From Clostridiales bacterium (GTDB lineage: Bacteria > Bacillota > Clostridia > Oscillospirales > Oscillospiraceae): a stretch of 64,000 nucleotides of DNA. This document shows positions 27,948 to 35,480 of this stretch, one piece after another. The stretch lies in NCBI GenBank assembly GCA_004553495.1, contig SFLE01000009.1, positions 33,616 through 97,615 of the forward strand. The letters are read 5' to 3'. The stretch's first letter is position 1. Every line of letters starts with the position of its first letter. Under the pieces are notes generated by a model. That model saw only the letters and a list, made by a program, of their open reading frames with translations, was not told the DNA's origin and did no database searches. Made by a program: the position numbers and the translations under genes.

Positions 27948-29963
27948 TTAGCAGAGCTTTTTGCCTTGACGCTTGAGCTCAAGCTTATGCATGAAATAGG
28001 CGTGGACATTCTCGTTATATGTCGGATAGCGGTGCAGGTCCTGATGTGTGTTTATCTCCAGTATCTTAAAGCCTGAGTCGGTTATAACGACATCGAAGCC
28101 GAGATACTCCAGCGGGCTTATATACCGGCATATCTCCGCAACGGTGCTTACGACCTCGTCCCAGTGCGGTAGAGTGCCCTCTATGGCAATGCCGGTGTCC
28201 GGATGCGTGGGGCAGGGGGTTATGATGTGCTCCTTTATGACCTCGGCATCGTGGAAAACGCCGGTTTTCTCATCGACATAGGCAAAAACGCCGCCGGAGC
28301 CTATGTTGTCGGTAAAGCCCGTGCTTTCCGTGCCGATGCGGAAATATGCGTTTTCAATAACGGGGTCGAGACCCGTGCGGTTTATGACCATTATGCGCAC
28401 CGTGCACGCGACCTCACTGTAAATTTCGCGCAGATCGCGGTGCATGACGATGTACTCGGAGATGTTGTAGTAATCATTTAGCCCTGAGAGAAACGCGAGC
28501 ATCGCAGTCTCGCCCATGGCCTCATCGTTTACGATGTAGTGCTCTCCGCTATATTGCAGCTTGTAAAAGCCTATGCCGTGCGAGCCGACGGTGGGCTTCA
28601 TGGCAAGAAGCTTTTTATCGCGCAGGAGCGCCAGCAGCCCGTCAAAGCTGCGGGCATATTTTTCGGGGCAGTCCGGCATCTTCAGAAGCTGCTGCCTGCC
28701 GTCGCGCGGCACGATGTGGTAGTAATACTCCGGCAGATACCGGCTGTATTTATCCAGGCAGTATCTGAGCGTGACCTTATCCCACAGCAGCTTGCGGTAG
28801 TCGTTGTTGAGCGGCCTGAGCCACTTGTAGTCGCGGTCGGAGAGAAAGCTGCGGTAGTTTTCCTCCGTGAGACCGTACTGCCTTATGTGGTAGGATAAAA
28901 AACCGCGCTCGTGAGCCCATTTTTTCTCGGCGCGCGTTGTGAATTTGTCGTGATCGTCCTCACGCAGAGCCTTTTTCCAGCCGCGGTACATATAGTCCAT
29001 GAAGCCGTGCCTTTTGGCTCTGAGGCTCCACATATACCGGTCGATTATCGTGAGTGCTCGTTTGAAGCCGACAAATTTCGGCTTTGAGCGGCGCTTTAGG
29101 AGAATGAACTCCGCCGTTTTATCGTTGAAATGCTCGAGATATGTAAGGTCCGCGCCGGTATCGACCCGGTGTATCTTAAAGCCGCCGTCGGTAAGGCGCA
29201 GGGCAAAATTCAGGTACTCAAGCTCCGGAAACTCGGCTGCTATGCCGCGAAGCTGCGCCGTGATGCCGTCAAAGCCCGCGATAACTCCACCGTCGTATTC
29301 TCCGTGCTCGGAAACGGAGCTTATCTCGCGGTTCTGAGTGTACCAGTTTTGCGGTGCGCCCTCCTGCGGCTGCGTGAGCACGGAAAACAGAAATTCCGGC
29401 TCATCGCCTCTGTTTATGAACGCTATGTGCACCGTGGGCGCGAAGACCGATGCAGTTTGCTCGGCGATAAGCGTTCCGTCGGGTGCGTTCAGAAGCTTTT
29501 CCCGCACCGTGTCCGGAGCTTCGGGGCTGCCGTCTATCGTATATTCGCCGTCTCTGAAGGCGTAGATGTGCTCCTTTGTCTTAACAGAGTTTGAAGCGCT
29601 GCGCACGAGCACCTCACCCTTATCGCGGATAAGCCGCATCACGGCGTCGATGCTCTGCTCGGCTGAGCCGTTGAGCGGGAGTATGAACCTCTCGCCGTCG
29701 CGCGTGAGCAAGCTGTAGTAAAGCTCGGGCAGAAGCTCGGGGTGCTTGTCGAGCGCATAGCGCATGGACAGCATATCGCCGAAGAGCTTGTCAAACTTCG
29801 CGTCAAACGGAAGAAGCGAGAATATATCCTTGTCGCTCATGCCGATGTTGTTTTTGCGCTTGTATTTTTTTATGCTGTCAAGATACAGCCACTGACCGGC
29901 AGTGGCAAATGTAAAGCCGCGAAACAGCAGAGCGGCGCTTTTTATAAGCCTTGAAGCCCGCAT
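27948..29963 (-). CDS. Tandem ATP-grasp protein (degenerate N-terminal copy plus intact C-terminal 'sugar-transfer associated' ATP-grasp)
   Basis: 671 aa. C-half: LAMKPTVGSHGIGFY, DNIGSGGVFAYVD, HPDTGIAIEG, FKILEINTHQD. N-half has the same order of elements, but the E-x-N site reads FKIHRVDT and the Lys-loop is lost. Confidence 0.7.
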   Translation of the reverse strand: MRASRLIKSAALLFRGFTFATAGQWLYLDSIKKYKRKNNIGMSDKDIFSLLPFDAKFDKLFGDMLSMRYALDKHPELLPELYYSLLTRDGERFILPLNGSAEQSIDAVMRLIRDKGEVLVRSASNSVKTKEHIYAFRDGEYTIDGSPEAPDTVREKLLNAPDGTLIAEQTASVFAPTVHIAFINRGDEPEFLFSVLTQPQEGAPQNWYTQNREISSVSEHGEYDGGVIAGFDGITAQLRGIAAEFPELEYLNFALRLTDGGFKIHRVDTGADLTYLEHFNDKTAEFILLKRRSKPKFVGFKRALTIIDRYMWSLRAKRHGFMDYMYRGWKKALREDDHDKFTTRAEKKWAHERGFLSYHIRQYGLTEENYRSFLSDRDYKWLRPLNNDYRKLLWDKVTLRYCLDKYSRYLPEYYYHIVPRDGRQQLLKMPDCPEKYARSFDGLLALLRDKKLLAMKPTVGSHGIGFYKLQYSGEHYIVNDEAMGETAMLAFLSGLNDYYNISEYIVMHRDLREIYSEVACTVRIMVINRTGLDPVIENAYFRIGTESTGFTDNIGSGGVFAYVDEKTGVFHDAEVIKEHIITPCPTHPDTGIAIEGTLPHWDEVVSTVAEICRYISPLEYLGFDVVITDSGFKILEINTHQDLHRYPTYNENVHAYFMHKLELKRQGKKLC

Positions 29964-30050
29964 AGATGCCTCCGTTAAGTAGAGTAATGTATTATATCAT
30001 TATACTATAACAGCCGCGCGTTGGCAAATACTTATATTTCGCCGTCAGGA

Positions 30051-30079
30051 TTGAATTTTGTCGAGGCTTGTAATATAAT
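30051..30079 (+). promoter_or_regulatory. Sigma-A promoter of the divergent ATP-grasp/dehydrogenase unit
   Basis: TTGAAT (30051-30056), 17 nt, TATAAT (30074-30079). Confidence 0.7.
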
Positions 30080-30135
30080 ATAAAAGTTAAAATGGATATT
30101 TGCGCGTAATTCGCATTACAGAGAGGAGCGGCGAT

Positions 30136-32385
30136 ATGGGTATATTCGCAAGGATAAAACGAGAGGTGTTTATCCGCCCATGGCTGAGACAGGGCTATTC
30201 AAGACGCCTTGCCAACTCGTATTATAAAAAGGTATGTAATGATCTCAAGACGGATAACGGCGTTTCGGCGGCGGATAAGAAATGGGCTCACGAGCATAAA
30301 TACTTTTCCGACAGCATCGCAAAGTACGACCTTAAAAACGCGCCGGACAAGTATATAACCGACCTCGATTATATGTACCTCAAGCCCTTCAACAACAGCT
30401 TTACAAAGTGGGTGCGGGATCTCGTAACGGCGAACAAGGTGCTCATAGACTACCGCGAGTACCTGCCAAGGCTTTATTTCAACATCATTGAGCGCGAGGA
30501 CAAAAAGGTATTTCTGCCGATAGACACCATCGAGCGCGCCGATGGCGAGAATTATGATGATTTCATAAAGCTCCTCGACGAAAAGGGCGAGCTCATCATC
30601 CGTCCCGACCGCTTCTCGGCTTACCGCAGCGCGTACAGGATAGTGCGCACCGGCGATAACAGCTACAAGCTGTGCGAGGATGAGATATGCCGCGTGCGCA
30701 TGGGCATGCACGGGGATGATTACGACAGAGATTATCTGCTCAGCGAGGATTACCCCGAGGATCTGCCCGAGGAGTTCATGCCCAACCCCTGCAAGAGCGA
30801 CAGCTATGACAGAGACAGCCTCTATGAGCTCATCTCTACATTTAAATACGGCTATGTGATAGCCGAGCCCTACCGCGTAAAGCCCGAGGATATGGGCATC
30901 ATCCGCATTTATGTCGCAAACGAAAAGCTCAGGGATACGGAGCTTTTGGACTTTTATTACACGCAGCTTGACGGCGATAAGATAAACTGCCGCGCCGTAA
31001 CGCCCGACGGAATGCTCGACGGCGCAAAGCTCAGACAGTGGGACGAGATCTGCCGCGCGGTGGGTGAAATTTCGCATTTCATAAGCGAGATCGAGTATTT
31101 CTCCGTCGGCGTTATCCTCACCGAGGACGGCTTTGTCGTCGATTCCATCGACACGAATCCCGAGCTTCCACCGATAGCGCACAGCGAGCGTCTGAACGAT
31201 TATCTGCTCGCAAGGCTTGAGAAAAAGCGCGAAACGGTCGTCGTAACGCGCGAAAAGTGGTTCAAGGCGTTTAAGGATAAGCGCTTTAAGGCGTTCGTGC
31301 GCAGGTTCTGCCGCCCGGGTATGCGCTCGTATATGCAGAAGCTTTGGATGAGCTCCGTGTGGGACGATCTGCTGCACAATAAGGGGACCACTCTCGGGCA
31401 AAAGCTCTGGTGCTATAAGCGCGGGTTCATGTCATACAGGATAAAGCAATATGGACTCACGAAGGATAACTACAAGGACTTTCTCTCGGATTACCAGTAC
31501 CACTGGCTGAACAGGATAAACAACGGCTATCAGGTCTGGATAAACGACAAAACGACGACGCGATATGTGTTCGAGCCGTATAAGCAGTATTTCGCAAAGT
31601 ATTATTACGACATAATCAAGGTTGAGGGCGAGACCTGCATAAAGGCGCTTCAGGACATTCCCGAGGGCTACGGCGCGTCGTTTGAAGAACTGTTCAGGCT
31701 GCTGCGACAGGAGAAGCTGCTTGCGCTCAAGCCCTCCTCGGGAACTCACGGCGACGGGTTCTACCGCATGGAGTATGCCGACGGCAGGTATCTCATAAAC
31801 GGCGAGAAGATGACCGAGGACGAGATAACTCAGATGATAGAGTCATTTAAGTCGATATACATTATCACCGAGTACCTCTTCATGCACCGCGAGCTTAAGA
31901 AGATTTACCCCAATTCCGTCAACACCATCCGCGTTGCGGTCGTGAACCAGTCGGCATATGAGCCGAAGATAATGCAGACATATATGCGCATCGGCTCCTC
32001 GGCAACGGGCTTTACCGACAATGTCGGCTACGGCGGCATATGCGCGAAGGTCGACATTCCTACCGGACGCTACTACTGCGCCGAGCGGATAATCAACCAT
32101 AAATTCACGCCCTGCCCCATACATCCGGACACCGGAGTTGAGATAGAGGGCATCGTCCCCAACTGGGAGCTGATGAAAAAGGGCATAACCGACATATGCA
32201 ATTTCATGCCGGAGCTTGAGTACCTAGGCTTTGACATTGCGATAACCGATGACGGATTTAAGATAATCGAGATAAACATACATCAGGATCTGCACAAGGT
32301 AGCCGAGCATTCGGACGAGTTCAAGGCGTTCTTCCGCGATAAGCTCGCGCTCAAGGCACAGAAATATGAGCTGAAGAAATGGTAA
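30136..32385 (+). CDS. Tandem ATP-grasp protein, paralogue of 27948-29963 (degenerate N-copy plus intact C-copy)
   Basis: Start at ATG 30136 (RBS GAGAGGAG). C-half: LALKPSSGTHGDGFY, DNVGYGGICAKVD, HPDTGVEIEG, FKIIEINIHQD. In the N-half the E-x-N site reads FVVDSIDT. The C-halves of the two proteins look roughly half identical by eye. Confidence 0.7.
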   Translation: MGIFARIKREVFIRPWLRQGYSRRLANSYYKKVCNDLKTDNGVSAADKKWAHEHKYFSDSIAKYDLKNAPDKYITDLDYMYLKPFNNSFTKWVRDLVTANKVLIDYREYLPRLYFNIIEREDKKVFLPIDTIERADGENYDDFIKLLDEKGELIIRPDRFSAYRSAYRIVRTGDNSYKLCEDEICRVRMGMHGDDYDRDYLLSEDYPEDLPEEFMPNPCKSDSYDRDSLYELISTFKYGYVIAEPYRVKPEDMGIIRIYVANEKLRDTELLDFYYTQLDGDKINCRAVTPDGMLDGAKLRQWDEICRAVGEISHFISEIEYFSVGVILTEDGFVVDSIDTNPELPPIAHSERLNDYLLARLEKKRETVVVTREKWFKAFKDKRFKAFVRRFCRPGMRSYMQKLWMSSVWDDLLHNKGTTLGQKLWCYKRGFMSYRIKQYGLTKDNYKDFLSDYQYHWLNRINNGYQVWINDKTTTRYVFEPYKQYFAKYYYDIIKVEGETCIKALQDIPEGYGASFEELFRLLRQEKLLALKPSSGTHGDGFYRMEYADGRYLINGEKMTEDEITQMIESFKSIYIITEYLFMHRELKKIYPNSVNTIRVAVVNQSAYEPKIMQTYMRIGSSATGFTDNVGYGGICAKVDIPTGRYYCAERIINHKFTPCPIHPDTGVEIEGIVPNWELMKKGITDICNFMPELEYLGFDIAITDDGFKIIEINIHQDLHKVAEHSDEFKAFFRDKLALKAQKYELKKW

Positions 32386-32397
32386 AGGAGCAATGAA

Positions 32398-33381
32398 ATG
32401 AAAACTATAGGATTTCTTATAAGCCACAAAAACGGCGAGGGCAGACGCGCGCTGCTGCCCGAGCAGCTCGGCGAGATAAAAAATGTCGATAAGCTGTATT
32501 TTGAGGAGGGCTACGGTGATGCCGTCGGAGCTCTGGACGATGAGTACCGCGCAAAGGGCGCGAACATCGTTTCCCGCGAGGAGGCTCTTGCCTGCGACAT
32601 CATCACCGATGTCAAGCTCGGCGATGCCGACTACCTCGACGAGATAGCGAACAGCAAGATCATGTTCGGCTGGGCGCACGCTGTGCAGAATATAGAGTTT
32701 ACAAGCGATATGATCCGCAAAAAGCACACCGTTGTCGCTTGGGAGGAGATATTCGAGCACGGCAGATATATCTTCTACCGCAACCGCGAGGTCGCGGGCG
32801 AGGCGGCAGTGATGCAGGCGTTCCGCTACTGCGGCAAGATGCCGTATGATACGCATGTTGCAATCCTCGGCAACGGACAGACCGCAAAGGGAGCCATGCG
32901 CATTCTGAACGGTCTGGGCGCAAAGGTCGATGTATACAGCCACCGCCTTGAAAAGCTTTTCCGCAGAAATATGTTTGATTACGATGTGCTCATAAACTGC
33001 GTTATGTGGGATACCTCCCGCACGGACAGGATAATCTATAAAGAGGATCTCAAAAAAATGAAGCCCGGAACGCTTATAATAGATGTGAGCTGCGACCCGC
33101 ATCTTGAGATAGAGACCTCCCACCCGACGACGATAGACGACCCCGTTTACACCGTTGACGGCGTTGTGCATTATGCCGTTGACAACACTCCGGCAATGTA
33201 CCCCATCACCGTCACAAAGGTGCTCAGCGAGGGGATTGTAAAGTATATAGATACCATTATCGAGAAGGATTTCGACGAGTACCCCGAGTCGCTCAAAAAG
33301 GCGACCGTTATAAAGGACGGCGTTATCCGCGACGAGCGTATCGCGGAATTCAGAAAGAGCAGAGGAGTATTCTGCGAGTAA
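32398..33381 (+). CDS. AlaDH/PNT-family opine-type dehydrogenase, N5-(carboxyethyl)ornithine synthase-like
   Basis: 327 aa. The N-terminus IGFLISHKNGEGRRALLPEQL resembles the CEOS N-terminus as I recall it. Dinucleotide loop VAILGNGQTAKGA. 12 nt after the ATP-grasp gene. Assignment is from memory of the family and was not searched. Confidence 0.55.
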   Translation: MKTIGFLISHKNGEGRRALLPEQLGEIKNVDKLYFEEGYGDAVGALDDEYRAKGANIVSREEALACDIITDVKLGDADYLDEIANSKIMFGWAHAVQNIEFTSDMIRKKHTVVAWEEIFEHGRYIFYRNREVAGEAAVMQAFRYCGKMPYDTHVAILGNGQTAKGAMRILNGLGAKVDVYSHRLEKLFRRNMFDYDVLINCVMWDTSRTDRIIYKEDLKKMKPGTLIIDVSCDPHLEIETSHPTTIDDPVYTVDGVVHYAVDNTPAMYPITVTKVLSEGIVKYIDTIIEKDFDEYPESLKKATVIKDGVIRDERIAEFRKSRGVFCE

Positions 33382-33395
33382 ACGGAGATGCAAAT

Positions 33396-34352
33396 ATGAC
33401 TGACGGTTACGGCAGAAAAATTGAATATCTGCGTATGTCAGTGACCGACGGCTGCAATCTGCGGTGCCGCTACTGTATGCCGCCGGACGGCATGGCGGAG
33501 TGCCCGTGCCGAACGGCGATGAGCGCCGACGAGTTTGTGGAAATAGCCCGCGCGGCAGCCGGTCTCGGCATGAAAAAGCTGCGCATAACCGGCGGCGAGC
33601 CGCTGGTGAGGAGCGATATAATCCCACTCGTGCGCGCTCTCGGAGCAATAGACGGCATCGAGGATATGAGCTTGACGACAAACGCAACTCTGCTCGCACC
33701 GTGCGCGGAGGAGTTGTATAACGCCGGCATACGCAGAATAAACATAAGCCTCGACACGCTGGTTCCGGAAAAATACGAGCGGATAACCCGCGGAGGCAGG
33801 CTCGCGGACGCGCTTTGCGGCATACATGCCGCGCTCGATGCAGGCATGAGCCCCGTTAAGCTGAACACCGTTCTGATAGGCGGGTTCAACGATGATGAGA
33901 TAGAGTCCCTTGCGGAGCTCACGCTGCGCTATCCGGTGCAGCTTCGGTTTATAGAGCTCATGCCCATCGGCAATACGGGTGACTTTCCGGCAACCGCGTA
34001 TCTGCCGGACAGCGTTGTGCTCGAGCGCCTGCCGCAGCTTGCGCCGGTGCCGAGTGAAAAGCACACCGTCGCGCGGCTGTTCAGACTGCCGGACGCCAAA
34101 GGCGAGGTGGGGCTCATAAGCCCCTTGAGCAACCATTTCTGCGCCGAGTGTAACCGTCTGCGCCTGACTGCCGACGGCTGCTTAAAGCCGTGTCTGCACT
34201 CTGCCGAGGAGCTTCCGGTGCGCGGACTGCACGGCGAGGAGCTGAAAAGAGCGATACTCACCGCGGCATCGCACAAGCCGGAAAAGCACGGCGCGCTCTC
34301 GGCGACCGAGCGCAGCGAGGCGCAGCGCAGTATGTACCGTATAGGAGGCTGA
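33396..34352 (+). CDS. moaA: GTP 3',8-cyclase MoaA (radical SAM)
   Basis: CNLRCRYCMP cluster, second cluster CAECNRLRLTADGCLKPCL, C-terminal GG. Confidence 0.93.
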   Translation: MTDGYGRKIEYLRMSVTDGCNLRCRYCMPPDGMAECPCRTAMSADEFVEIARAAAGLGMKKLRITGGEPLVRSDIIPLVRALGAIDGIEDMSLTTNATLLAPCAEELYNAGIRRINISLDTLVPEKYERITRGGRLADALCGIHAALDAGMSPVKLNTVLIGGFNDDEIESLAELTLRYPVQLRFIELMPIGNTGDFPATAYLPDSVVLERLPQLAPVPSEKHTVARLFRLPDAKGEVGLISPLSNHFCAECNRLRLTADGCLKPCLHSAEELPVRGLHGEELKRAILTAASHKPEKHGALSATERSEAQRSMYRIGG

Positions 34353-34356
34353 AAAA

Positions 34357-34791
34357 ATGGCTAAGATAGCTGCAATTTGCATAAGCGATGTGCGCGGGAT
34401 ACAAAAGCACGAGATACCCGCGGCGCATCTTCGTAAGGACTGGGGCATAGAGGGCGATGCCCATGCGGGAAACTGGCACAGGCAGGTGAGCCTGCTTTCG
34501 GTCACCAGCGTCGCAAAGCTTCAGGAAAAGCTCAGCTTTGAGCTGAAGCACGGCGCTTTCGCGGAGAATATCCTCGTTGAGGGCATGGCGGTGCACACGC
34601 TGCCGGTGGGCACAAGGCTGCGCATAGGCACGGCTCTGTGCGAGGTCACGCAGATCGGCAAGGAATGCCACAACGACTGCGCGATACGCAAAGCCGCCGG
34701 CGACTGCGTTATGCCGCGCGAGGGCATATTCGTAAAGGTCCTCGAATCCGGCGATGTCAAAACCGGAGACGAAATTACGATAGAAAGCTGA
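34357..34791 (+). CDS. MOSC domain-containing protein
   Basis: 144 aa; GIEGDAHAG...RQVSLLS...GENILVEG pattern of small MOSC proteins commonly linked to moaA in Firmicutes. Confidence 0.75.
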   Translation: MAKIAAICISDVRGIQKHEIPAAHLRKDWGIEGDAHAGNWHRQVSLLSVTSVAKLQEKLSFELKHGAFAENILVEGMAVHTLPVGTRLRIGTALCEVTQIGKECHNDCAIRKAAGDCVMPREGIFVKVLESGDVKTGDEITIES

Positions 34792-34794
34792 AAA

Positions 34795-34822
34795 GCAGCA
34801 CCCCGCCGGGGGTGCTGCTTTA
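34795..34822. terminator. Bidirectional terminator
   Basis: AGCAGCACCCC-GCCG-GGGGTGCTGCT followed by TTT. Confidence 0.8.
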
Positions 34823-34844
34823 ACATTTACGGCGGCGCCGTAAA

Positions 34845-35291
34845 TTATTTATCCAGTGCCATGTCCATGAGTGCCTGCTTTATTCTGAATACCTGAGTTG
34901 CCTGCGCAACGGTGAGGTCGTCGAGCTGCTTGTTGAGCTTGTCGATGGCATCCATCTGCGATGCCGTGAGCCCCGCTGCCGCGGGATTTTTCTGCGCGAT
35001 TATGCCCTCTGCCTCGTGTCGGGCATCGTCTATTATCTCCTCGGCGCGGCGCTTTGCGTCCGCCTCCACGCTCTCTGCGCGCTTCTGCACCTCGAGCAGG
35101 AGCTGAGCCATCTTTTCCTTGGAGGCATTTATCTGCTCAAGCTCCGAGCGCAAATGCTCGTTTTCCTCTATGATCTCACGCGCAGCCGCCTTTATCTCAG
35201 CCATTTTCGCATCGACCTTGTTGGCGTTATAGTACTTCTGCTTTGCTATATCAAAGCTTATATCGTTGAAAAAATCCATCGTTACAGACAT
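34845..35291 (-). CDS. DivIVA-domain coiled-coil protein
   Basis: Start at ATG 35289-35291 (RBS GGAGG). The N-terminal F..I.F......YN..KVD..M segment is followed by a long heptad coiled coil. Confidence 0.55.
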   Translation of the reverse strand: MSVTMDFFNDISFDIAKQKYYNANKVDAKMAEIKAAAREIIEENEHLRSELEQINASKEKMAQLLLEVQKRAESVEADAKRRAEEIIDDARHEAEGIIAQKNPAAAGLTASQMDAIDKLNKQLDDLTVAQATQVFRIKQALMDMALDK

Positions 35292-35397
35292 ATCTGACCT
35301 CCGCATAGCTTTTATACTGCCTATCCAATATAGCAGAATTGCACAAATATTTCAATCAAGATTTTACGGACAAAAAACAGTATTTGTTATGAAAGTG

Positions 35398-35426
35398 TTG
35401 ACAAAGTGTGAACTTATTAATAAAAT
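35398..35426 (+). promoter_or_regulatory. Sigma-A promoter
   Basis: TTGACA (35398-35403), 17 nt, TAAAAT (35421-35426). Confidence 0.65.
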
Positions 35427-35480
35427 ATTAATAACCACGCGCGATCTGCGCGGCGAAGAATACATATTAAGGGGAGAAAA

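Noticed and set aside
30199-33699. Long minus-strand ORFs (30199-31401, 32224-33699) opposite the ATP-grasp and dehydrogenase genes
   Set aside because: They have no RBS or motifs, and the plus-strand genes carry recognisable ATP-grasp and Rossmann signatures. They are shadow ORFs.
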